The notes beneath the pieces were generated by a model that made no database searches, was not told where the DNA came from, and saw only the letters and a list, made by a program, of their open reading frames with translations. A program made the translations under genes and the position numbers. From a virus (taxonomy: Duplodnaviria > Caudoviricetes), in the IMG/VR virus record IMGVR_UViG_3300033067_001965, positions 1 through 45,673 of that record: a DNA stretch of 45,673 bases; one strand, written 5' to 3'. Positions 18,753 through 26,767 of this stretch are shown here, in pieces. How positions within the stretch are numbered: position 1 is the first letter of the stretch; each line of letters opens with the position of its first letter.

Positions 18753-18918
18753 GTACGTTAATCCTGATGGCTTCAAATACCGGCCGGAGGGCTTCCAAGA
18801 AACTTGCCACTCGGGTAGCTACGATGTCCTTGCGGCTCCACCACAGACCGCAATAGATTCGGTACGGTATCCCTGCCGGAAGCACTACCCCGCTTGCGGC
18901 AAGGTCTGAAAAAGCCCC
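18739..18918 (-). CDS. Putative -1 frameshift extension of the tail assembly chaperone (gpGT-like)
   Basis: An open -1 frame from GGG CTT TTT CAG fills the gap to, and overlaps, the tape-measure start. Confidence 0.5.
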   Translation of the reverse strand, partial: GAFSDLAASGVVLPAGIPYRIYCGLWWSRKDIVATRVASFLEALRPVFEAIRINVHGNQ

Positions 18919-19274
18919 GCGTCTCGCGCCATCGCATCCATCATAACTTTGTAGCCGCACAGAACCCCGATAACTTCCGCGTCGGTCAATCCGCCCTTTG
19001 TCTCACCTAACTCCTTGATGCCAAAGGCTTTGCGCGTTGCACTGACGAGCTTGTCAATGGCTTCGGCGTGCTGACTCGTGATCGAATCACGAAGCGGACC
19101 CGGCGGAACCTCCGTCTCCGGTGTGGTCAGTGTCTCAATGAGTTCGGGGTAGTTCGGGCAAAGCGACTCCAGGGCGCGGCCAACCTGGATGGGATCGCGA
19201 CGGACGTAGCGCGACCCGTCAAAGAACTGGTAGATGTGCCGCTTGCGACGGCTGAACCAACTGAATAAGCCCAT
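18885..19274 (-). CDS. Tail assembly chaperone (gpG-like)
   Basis: 129-aa helical ORF between the tail tube and tape measure genes. Confidence 0.55.
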   Translation of the reverse strand: MGLFSWFSRRKRHIYQFFDGSRYVRRDPIQVGRALESLCPNYPELIETLTTPETEVPPGPLRDSITSQHAEAIDKLVSATRKAFGIKELGETKGGLTDAEVIGVLCGYKVMMDAMARDAGLFQTLPQAG

Positions 19275-19307
19275 GATGAAAACTCCAGCGCCCGCGCGGG
19301 CGCTATG

Positions 19308-19820
19308 TTACGAAAGCGTGCGTGTGAATAACGGCGTGTCCTTGCCGCTTGTTGTCGAGACCGCAGCCCACGGGAAAGCGTACCAAGAGAGCATGTACGG
19401 GTTCGCCTTGGTCGCTAGCTTGGTTCCATGCCCCGGCCGCAACAGGCACTTGGAAAAACTCCAGGGAGTGTTAAGCGGCGCGGCAATTGCTACGCGGATC
19501 AAGTACCCTCCGTTGCCGAACACAAGTCCCGGAGTGTTGATTCCCCCGAGCGTTGTACGGTCGCCACGGTTGATAACCTTGGCAAAGATGGCCGAATCCA
19601 TCGCGATCATCGGCGCGCGGATGTTGGCGTCCATGCCAAAATCCTGGAAGTCGTGGGGAACCATCGGGCCGAAGATGTCCGTAAAGATCTCGCCCTTTTT
19701 CTCCTGGATGTCCGTATCTACCCCGTCCTGGGTGTACCCCAGGAGTTCCAGCGCGCCCGCCGATCCCGTGCCAACGTACACGAGAGCGGAGCCGTTGACG
19801 GTAAAGCTGTCGATGGCCAC
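19308..19820 (-). CDS. Major tail (tube) protein
   Basis: LGYTQDGV...DIFG pattern typical of tail tube N-termini, plus size and position. Confidence 0.65.
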   Translation of the reverse strand: MAIDSFTVNGSALVYVGTGSAGALELLGYTQDGVDTDIQEKKGEIFTDIFGPMVPHDFQDFGMDANIRAPMIAMDSAIFAKVINRGDRTTLGGINTPGLVFGNGGYLIRVAIAAPLNTPWSFSKCLLRPGHGTKLATKANPYMLSWYAFPWAAVSTTSGKDTPLFTRTLS

Positions 19821-19830
19821 GTTTCAGCCC

Positions 19831-20091
19831 TCATGTATACGGATTTGGGATCGGTACTGACTTCTCGGCAGGTGTGCCAATGTCGGTAACCCACTCCAGA
19901 ACCATTGCCGTTTGGTCGATGTCCGAAACGACCGTAACGGACGGGTCATCCTTGCTGGGGACGCTCTCATAACTCCAGTGCCGAACGTGTCCGGCGAGCA
20001 TTTCCTCAACCTGGGACTTGTCACCCAGCTTGTACAGAAATACCGTCTTGCGGCCACGGTAGGAGATCCGAAGCGTTCCGCCCTTACTCAT
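19831..20091 (-). CDS. Hypothetical protein (neck region)
   Basis: ATGA-coupled to the upstream adaptor gene. Confidence 0.6.
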   Translation of the reverse strand: MSKGGTLRISYRGRKTVFLYKLGDKSQVEEMLAGHVRHWSYESVPSKDDPSVTVVSDIDQTAMVLEWVTDIGTPAEKSVPIPNPYT

Positions 20092-20714
20092 GACATATCC
20101 GGCCGGTTGGGGAGCGAGTTACTTCCGTAGGTCGGGAACAGTCTCGCGCACCGCCGAACGATGTTCGGGGTGAACAGCGTGTCTGGCTGCGCCTGAACCA
20201 CATGGGCAAGCCCCGCGTCGGCGCTCTCCTCGAAAGAGAAGATGGCTTCGCCCTTGGCGAGCTTGTCCAGAAGCTCAAGCGTCTGCTTGACGCCAGGGAG
20301 GTTGTCCACGTTAGCCGCCATTGGCCGCTTGCGGCTGGCGAGCGTGTAGTAGGCGAGATCGCAGCACATCTGGATAGCAAGCTCGCCACCCGAGACGATG
20401 AATCCACTATCCCCGGTCGTTGCGACAAGGTTGATGATGTCACACGGCTGGTAGCGCTTGCCTACCTGGGCTTCCGCCAGGATGCGACCCGTGGCGCGCA
20501 TCAGTTGCCGGTAAATGATGATCCCGTATGCGTTACTCGTGTTGGACATCTGCGCCACGGTCGGGCGCGGGTCGCTGCCGTCACGAACGAAGTCCGCAAT
20601 CTCGTCAGGGCTGTGGTAGGTGAACAAATCGGCAGCAAGCGCGAACGGCTTACACGCTGCTTTTGGCGTGAGCGTCGTTTGCGTCGTGCAATCGCAATCT
20701 TGCTCGGCTGCCAT
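20088..20714 (-). CDS. Head-tail adaptor, Mu gp36/DUF1320-like
   Basis: ATGRI...RY...CCDLAYYTL...LELLDKLAKG pattern. Confidence 0.7.
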   Translation of the reverse strand: MAAEQDCDCTTQTTLTPKAACKPFALAADLFTYHSPDEIADFVRDGSDPRPTVAQMSNTSNAYGIIIYRQLMRATGRILAEAQVGKRYQPCDIINLVATTGDSGFIVSGGELAIQMCCDLAYYTLASRKRPMAANVDNLPGVKQTLELLDKLAKGEAIFSFEESADAGLAHVVQAQPDTLFTPNIVRRCARLFPTYGSNSLPNRPDMS

Positions 20715-20742
20715 GATGCACCTTTCGCGCCCGCGCGGGCGC

Positions 20743-21531
20743 TCAGAAGTTCAACCCAGCCAGAAGGCCAAGCGACCTTTGTATTGTCGCAACATTCGTG
20801 CTTCCTTGCTGCGCTGTGTATATTGCCCAACCGTACATCCTGCCGTTGTACGGTTCCGAGTTAGACGTATTAATCCCGATCCTGGATAGGGACGCCGTGA
20901 ACGTATCCGCAGACGTGTCGGCGTCCCCCGTCCCGTCCGTCGCGCCGTTGCGATAGTAGTTAGACGCTCCGCTATTGGCGTAGTCGAGACCCGAGACGAA
21001 TTCAGTGTTTAGCGTCAAGGAAGTATTTGCGGCGTTCCAGTTGTACGCACCTTCCTTGCCACCCTGGGGCTTTGTAGTTCCCCCGTCCGGAGTCTTGAAC
21101 TTCTGCGCTCCGTTTGGCCCGCAGATGAAAACCGAAGTCCCTCCGAATGAAGCAATCCGCCCAGCAACGTGTACTGAGAGCGGCTTGCATGCCGGGCCAG
21201 AGAATGTATAGCCGTCGTTGGAGCCGTCGTAATTCAGATACCAAAGACCGGCCGAAGTTGTCAGGAGAGCGCGCGTTGTGGTTCCGATTGCGACGTAATC
21301 AAATCCCCCGAGAGCGTCCGTGATGACGTGAACGGGGTCTGTGTTGGCGACAGCCGGGATCGTCTTACCGGCATCCTGCCAAAGATTCCCGGCCGCACGA
21401 GCCGCCGCAATATCGACGTAAGAGAAGAACCCGGAGAACGATGCCGGATTGAACGAAACTGACGGTAGGTAACCGTGTCCGTTCGGGTCTCCTGGGGGGA
21501 TCAAAACCCCGTTACGCTTGCGCCCGTTCAA
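20743..21531 (-). CDS. LamG/concanavalin-like virion accessory protein
   Basis: YDGSND...YYRNG...RIG...YNGRMYGWAIY lectin-fold pattern. Confidence 0.6.
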   Translation of the reverse strand: MNGRKRNGVLIPPGDPNGHGYLPSVSFNPASFSGFFSYVDIAAARAAGNLWQDAGKTIPAVANTDPVHVITDALGGFDYVAIGTTTRALLTTSAGLWYLNYDGSNDGYTFSGPACKPLSVHVAGRIASFGGTSVFICGPNGAQKFKTPDGGTTKPQGGKEGAYNWNAANTSLTLNTEFVSGLDYANSGASNYYRNGATDGTGDADTSADTFTASLSRIGINTSNSEPYNGRMYGWAIYTAQQGSTNVATIQRSLGLLAGLNF

Positions 21532-21839
21532 GAGTCGTATTCCTCCACAACCCCGACAACTTGCGTGCCACTGGCGACAATCCCGTAGATTGCCGACTGG
21601 TTGTAGAACGTGAACGAAGCCCCTGCCGTACCTGGGAGTAGAACCCCCTTGCCGGTCGTGATCGTGTTATCCGTGTACAGGTAGACGGCAGTGGTGCCGT
21701 GATTGACAACCGTAAGGCTGCCGCGCGCCGCCCTGGCTGCCGCAATGATGATGCCGCCAGCCGTAGCGGGTACGGTTACCTGCGAGATGTCGCAAGAGTT
21801 GTTTGCGCCCGCCGCGTTCTTGGGGTACTGGTACGGCAT
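21528..21839 (-). CDS. Small beta-rich head accessory protein
   Basis: R.SLTVVNHGTTAVYL...G..LPG...IYGI pattern, downstream of the capsid gene. Confidence 0.55.
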   Translation of the reverse strand: MPYQYPKNAAGANNSCDISQVTVPATAGGIIIAAARAARGSLTVVNHGTTAVYLYTDNTITTGKGVLLPGTAGASFTFYNQSAIYGIVASGTQVVGVVEEYDS

Positions 21840-21910
21840 TGGGAAACCCTAACTTTCGCTTGGAAGTAAACGCGCCCGCGCGGGCGCGTTGGGAGTCTCG
21901 CAACGCATAG

Positions 21911-21938
21911 GGCTTGCGGGGCATCACTCCCGCAAGCC
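21911..21938 (-). terminator. Hairpin downstream of the major capsid gene
   Basis: GGCTTGCGGG-N8-CCCGCAAGCC about 20 nt after the capsid stop. The U-tract is weak. Confidence 0.5.
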
Positions 21939-21957
21939 TTGCCCGCGCGGGCGTTTC

Positions 21958-23457
21958 TCAGGTGAGACCGGTGAGCAAGTAGCCCGTCTGCGGCGCTTGG
22001 TTCTGGGCGGTGTAGTCCTCCACCACCCGGCCAACCTGCCGCCGGTTGTCCGCGTCGTTCTTCTGTTCCGTCGTCATCTGTTCGTAGAACCGATAACAGA
22101 CAGTCGAGAAGTCGAGCGATTGCTCGCCCTCGGACGAGATCCCGCGCGGCTTGCTCGTGATCGCCCCGTAGCCCTGTGCCCAAACGTAGCTCCGGGTGGT
22201 GCTGGGCTGGCTGGCCACGTTGCCCGGTTTCGGGGTGGTTACCACGATGGCGTTTTCCACGGTCAGGGCGAGACCGTAGAGGTACGGCGCGAGACCGTAC
22301 CGGCGGTTGGGGTTCCGCCAATCCGTGATGGCCGCGAGCGCGTCAGGCGAACCCTGGATGTACTGCTTGTACTCATAGCTCCTGGCGATGCCCCGAGCTT
22401 CCTGGGGGTTGAGCGTGAACTGAAGCGCGTCTTCATCCGAGACGATCCCGCCGCTTGCTTGCTCGATGGCAATACAGGCGGTGTTCAAGTCCGTCTGGAT
22501 GTAGTTGTTGGTGTTGCTCGCGGCGTTCGTCCACTGGCCGCTTGCCGCGCTGTAGTTCGTACCCCAAGAACCCGTCCAGTTGGCCGAAGTGGTCAACAGG
22601 GTGTACGCAAGCATGGTCCGAACGGTCATTGCCTTTGCCGCCATCATCGCGGCATGCTCGGCAAGGATCGCCCAGCTTGCTTGGTCAACGCTCTTGCTGC
22701 CGAGCGAGAACGGGAAAGCGTAGCGAACGGTCTTGTACGGGTTGAACCCGAAAGCCTGTCGCTCCTGCCGCCCACCCGGCGCGTCCGCCGAGTCTTCCCA
22801 CAGGTAGTCGTAAATCGAGACCACCCGGTAGGGATCGTCACCCGAGAGCGTCAGGTAGTACCCTTGATCCGTCTTGACCGTCAGGTCTCGGATGTACCGG
22901 TTGACCCGGAAGAACGACGGGTTACGGGTGTACTTGATGATCGTTCCGGTAGCCTCAAAGCTCGGAACGTAGGTGTTGCTGCCCTGGGGGTATCCCTGGA
23001 GGGGCCACGTCGCGTACATGGTCGGCGCTGACACCAGCGCTTGCATGTAGTTGACCCCAGGGAGCCGGTTGTACGCATAGCTCGGACGAGCGTAAGGCAC
23101 GATGCCCAGCCCGCGGCGCGGCGTGTATGCGTCAATCTGGGATTGGGTCATCCCACGCGCCGCGTAGCCCGTTGGCGGGCCATTCGGGGCCATGTACTGA
23201 GTGAGTTGGTTCCCCCAGCCGGAGTTCAAATCCGGGTGGCCATCCTGGTTTGGGTCACCCGTGTACTGCCACGGCATCGGGGCTTGCCGCATTTCGTAGT
23301 TGACGGCAGCCTCACGAGCCTGCCAATCCCGGTTGGCCATGCGGCTGCCGAGATTGGGGTTCGGTGCGGGAAGGATCGGCCCCGCGAACTGACGCGGTGC
23401 GACGTTTGCGGCCTGGAACGTGTCACCCAAGCCGAGCGAAGCGCGAGACGGTAACAT
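21958..23457 (-). CDS. Major capsid protein with an ~150-aa low-complexity N-terminal extension
   Basis: Position after the scaffold and decoration genes. The ~340-aa core ends in a typical GYLLTG capsid C-terminus. Confidence 0.75.
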   Translation of the reverse strand: MLPSRASLGLGDTFQAANVAPRQFAGPILPAPNPNLGSRMANRDWQAREAAVNYEMRQAPMPWQYTGDPNQDGHPDLNSGWGNQLTQYMAPNGPPTGYAARGMTQSQIDAYTPRRGLGIVPYARPSYAYNRLPGVNYMQALVSAPTMYATWPLQGYPQGSNTYVPSFEATGTIIKYTRNPSFFRVNRYIRDLTVKTDQGYYLTLSGDDPYRVVSIYDYLWEDSADAPGGRQERQAFGFNPYKTVRYAFPFSLGSKSVDQASWAILAEHAAMMAAKAMTVRTMLAYTLLTTSANWTGSWGTNYSAASGQWTNAASNTNNYIQTDLNTACIAIEQASGGIVSDEDALQFTLNPQEARGIARSYEYKQYIQGSPDALAAITDWRNPNRRYGLAPYLYGLALTVENAIVVTTPKPGNVASQPSTTRSYVWAQGYGAITSKPRGISSEGEQSLDFSTVCYRFYEQMTTEQKNDADNRRQVGRVVEDYTAQNQAPQTGYLLTGLT

Positions 23458-23541
23458 AATAGCCTCTGTCAGAGCGCCCGCGCGGGCGCGGCTTACCCGG
23501 TTGAAAAATGATCCTAAAGCGGTTGGGCGAACTTGGTTTGA

Positions 23542-24006
23542 TTAGCTACCCGTGGGCATCCAGGGGAACGGGTCAACCACCACGTTGCACGATTGCCCCG
23601 AGTTTGCGAACGAAAGCGCGATTGCAACAACCCACTGGTTCCAGGGGCCGAACGGACTCGCCTTTTTCATGTAGCCGGAGTCGCTGGAGATCCCGAAGTC
23701 TCCCGGCTTGATTTGCCCGCCAAAGTTGGGGTCAACGTCCCAAAGACACTTGCGGTTGATCCCGTAGACGGGAACCGCGAAGTTGTAGGCGCTGGAAGTG
23801 CTGGTAGCACTCGCCAGGAGCAAGGGGCCAGTGGTCTGGCCGTAGGTGCCCGGAGCCTGCGCAGAACCCTGGGGTGTGATCCCAATACACGGGGAGTTCG
23901 CGCTACCCAGGTAGCACTGTTTTTGGTTCGCCGTGTCTAGCTTGATCGCGCGACAAGAGTAGATGTCGCCCGATGGCCAGAACGTGTAGTCGAAATCCTC
24001 ATCCAT
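23542..24006 (-). CDS. Capsid decoration/cement-like protein
   Basis: Small beta protein between scaffold and capsid, with GQIKPGD...SDSSG...AIAL. Confidence 0.55.
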   Translation of the reverse strand: MDEDFDYTFWPSGDIYSCRAIKLDTANQKQCYLGSANSPCIGITPQGSAQAPGTYGQTTGPLLLASATSTSSAYNFAVPVYGINRKCLWDVDPNFGGQIKPGDFGISSDSGYMKKASPFGPWNQWVVAIALSFANSGQSCNVVVDPFPWMPTGS

Positions 24007-24067
24007 TGTAACGCTCCAACCATCGGGCGAAAGGGGAAGTTAAAGCGCCCGCGCGGGCGCTCGCGGT

Positions 24068-25789
24068 TTAGCCGGAGAAACCGAAGTTTGACGGGTGGGG
24101 AAGCCGGTTGGCAACCTGCGCCTGGGGATCGTAGCCGTACCCCGGTTGGCTCGTCATGTACTGCGGGACGCCAGCCGGGGGAGCGTAGCCGTTGGCCTGG
24201 GGCTGGCCGTAGTGCGTCGGAGCGCCGCCACCACGGGCGTAATGCTCGAACGGGACACCGGTTTGAGATTCGGCCCGAAGCGCGGCTTGCATCTCGTCTT
24301 TGGTCATCGGCCGCTGTTGGCTGCCGCCCGCCAGGAACGGCGTCGGGTCGCCAAGCTGAGGGGGAACCGCCGATGTCGGAACCTGTTGGTAGTGGGTCGC
24401 GATGTGCTGGATGTAAGCCGCACGCTCGCCACCGGATTTCTTCTTGAGTTCCGAGAACTCATACTCACCAACCGGGAAGCCCTGCATGGCCAGCCCGTTG
24501 ATGGCTTCGGCGCAGGCGGCTGTGTCCGCTTGATCGCGTTCGTACATCAGCACTTGGTTGGCCTGGGTCAACTGTTGAAGCTGGTAGTTGACTTGCGACA
24601 AGTGCGCGGCGTACCCGACCGGCAGACCGCTGATGGTGGTGGCCCCAGGAGCGGTTGCCGGGTCAAGGCGGGAGTAGCCCATTCGGTTCATCGTCGGCGG
24701 CTGGTTCAGTTGCCCTGGGAAGCCGCCGGAGCCGCCGAAGTCGTCTTCATAGCCAAGCGGCTGGCCACAGTGCGGGCAAACCTCACCACCGCCCCCACCG
24801 CCACCCATTCCCATGCCACCGGCCTGGGGCATGCCGCCACCCTCTTGGCCGTAAGCGTAGTTGGATCGCTGGGGCTGTCCGAAGCTGCCTTGGTTGTGCT
24901 GGTGACCGATGTTCGGCCGCTGATGACCGCCACGGTTGCCGCCCGCGCCCCAGGTGCCGTAGTTGGCTGGCGGAGTCTCGGGGGTGAACCCCGGAGGTAC
25001 GGCCGGATACTGGCCACCAGCAACCTGCGGGTAGCCGTATGCGACCGGCTGCGCCTGCGCGGGCGCGAACGGGTTGACCGGCTGCGCGGCGTAGTGGACG
25101 GGCTGCGGTTGCGGCGGTGCAACTTGCGGGTACTGCGGTTGCGCGCCGGGAGCGGCGGCAAACGGGACTTGACCACTCGGGTAGTATTGCGGGAACATTT
25201 CTTCAGCCCCTAAGAGTAGGTGATACCCGAGCGGGCGCTCACCACGGTTTGAGTAATGGACAGCGCCGTCATGACCACGGGTGTAGGCGACTACCCCGAG
25301 ATCTAGATAGGGATCTCGGGTCAAGAGCGCAACACCCGTGATTTGCTCTTGGTCATCGTAGTATTCGGCAGACCGGTACAGGTAGTTTTTCCTGTGCGGT
25401 GCGTATGCGGGATCAAGCCACTCGTCACAGACCACCGCTAGCTCTTGCTGCGGGCCGAACGGCTGTACCCGCGCGTTGCGATAGACCCCGGATACTGGCG
25501 GTTGCTCCGTCTCGGACTTCCCCGGCTCGGTGTGGCCAATGGTCATGCGAACGGGAACGCCACCGCGTTCCATTTGTTGCATCTTGGCCGCGATCCGGTA
25601 GAGCTTGGGGACATCGACGACAATGAGTTTTCCGGTGTTCGGGTCAACCCGTTGGTGCGGCTTGAAGACGGGAACACCCGGCTTGATGACCCATTGGCGC
25701 GGGTCATTGAGCCTTTGCGTGAACTCTTGGGTGGCGTCGTGATGTTGATACATGGCTGGCGTCAGAGTGAGCCAACCGGCAAGGGGCAT
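24068..25789 (-). CDS. Prohead protease (Mu gpI-like) fused to scaffold
   Basis: IGHT...YRSAEYY...ITGVALL N-terminal domain followed by P/Q/G/Y-rich and coiled-coil regions. Confidence 0.7.
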   Translation of the reverse strand: MPLAGWLTLTPAMYQHHDATQEFTQRLNDPRQWVIKPGVPVFKPHQRVDPNTGKLIVVDVPKLYRIAAKMQQMERGGVPVRMTIGHTEPGKSETEQPPVSGVYRNARVQPFGPQQELAVVCDEWLDPAYAPHRKNYLYRSAEYYDDQEQITGVALLTRDPYLDLGVVAYTRGHDGAVHYSNRGERPLGYHLLLGAEEMFPQYYPSGQVPFAAAPGAQPQYPQVAPPQPQPVHYAAQPVNPFAPAQAQPVAYGYPQVAGGQYPAVPPGFTPETPPANYGTWGAGGNRGGHQRPNIGHQHNQGSFGQPQRSNYAYGQEGGGMPQAGGMGMGGGGGGGEVCPHCGQPLGYEDDFGGSGGFPGQLNQPPTMNRMGYSRLDPATAPGATTISGLPVGYAAHLSQVNYQLQQLTQANQVLMYERDQADTAACAEAINGLAMQGFPVGEYEFSELKKKSGGERAAYIQHIATHYQQVPTSAVPPQLGDPTPFLAGGSQQRPMTKDEMQAALRAESQTGVPFEHYARGGGAPTHYGQPQANGYAPPAGVPQYMTSQPGYGYDPQAQVANRLPHPSNFGFSG

Positions 25790-25864
25790 GTGCGCAACCG
25801 GCGGAACGCATAGCGCCCTTGCCGGTCATATCGGAGGGGATCAATCCCCCGATTGCTCTAAGGT

Positions 25865-25893
25865 AATGTACCAAAGCACACTAAACGAGTCAA
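25865..25893 (-). promoter_or_regulatory. Promoter for the head genes
   Basis: TTGACT-17 nt-TACATT with an A-rich upstream element. Confidence 0.55.
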
Positions 25894-25924
25894 CAAGAAC
25901 TTTTTGGTGAATTCGTGGATTTTC

Positions 25925-26767
25925 TCAAAAAGCGCCCGCGCGGGCGCTTTGTCGCATCGACTTCTGTTGGAACATATGAGCCATGTTTGCGGCCACTTGC
26001 CGAACGTCAACGGCGTTGTACATTCCGAATGATGCCAGAATGCCATTGGTCAGAGCAAGGTAAGCTTCGGCCGCTTGCATGAAGTCCAGGCTACCCGAGT
26101 ACCGGCTCGCCTGGGTGGGCTGTCCGGTAATCCGACGCTTCGCCCATGAGATAGCTTTACCCAGGATCTTCGTTCCGACGTTCAGGGCAAGGTGCGCGCT
26201 TACCCCGGTGGCGTCCTTGAGCGGGTCATAGGTGGCGTGTTCGGTGTTTCCGAAGCTCGGGTTATAGCCGATCTTCTGGAGGTCTTCCGGCCCCTCGAAA
26301 ATGGTTGTCCAGATGTTCAGGATTTGCGGCGCACGCATGGCCACGTCATACATGACCCGACGCGCGGCCGTTGCCGCTACATTGGTCGCATGCGCGACAG
26401 CTTGCGCCGCCCCCTTGACGCGCCCGCGCGGGCGCTTTTGCTTACTGGCTGACCCTCCAGAGGAAGCCCCTGGAGACGGGGCAAACTGGCCAGCGTTTCC
26501 GGGTTGACCCCGTGGGTGATCGGAGGGGTTGAAATCTGCGTAGACGGAGCGAGTAAAGCCGATCGCATATCCGCGATTGCTTGCTCGGTTTCTTCGGCGC
26601 TTGCCAGTCGATACCGGTTTGGTCGTCGCAGTGGGCACATAGGTATTACTACCTCCAGGATATCCCATGTATTGAGAATTCACAACTGGCTCTGAAATGC
26701 GCGCATCGCCGTGCATTCCGTTTGGGCCGGGAATTCTAATCTGAAACAGATCTTTTAGGAAGGCCAT
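25925..26767 (-). CDS. Putative internal or minor head protein
   Basis: Lies between portal and protease. Carries FNPSDHPRGQPGNAGQF and GYPGGSNTYVP motifs shared with the portal and capsid. Confidence 0.6.
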   Translation of the reverse strand: MAFLKDLFQIRIPGPNGMHGDARISEPVVNSQYMGYPGGSNTYVPTATTKPVSTGKRRRNRASNRGYAIGFTRSVYADFNPSDHPRGQPGNAGQFAPSPGASSGGSASKQKRPRGRVKGAAQAVAHATNVAATAARRVMYDVAMRAPQILNIWTTIFEGPEDLQKIGYNPSFGNTEHATYDPLKDATGVSAHLALNVGTKILGKAISWAKRRITGQPTQASRYSGSLDFMQAAEAYLALTNGILASFGMYNAVDVRQVAANMAHMFQQKSMRQSARAGAF

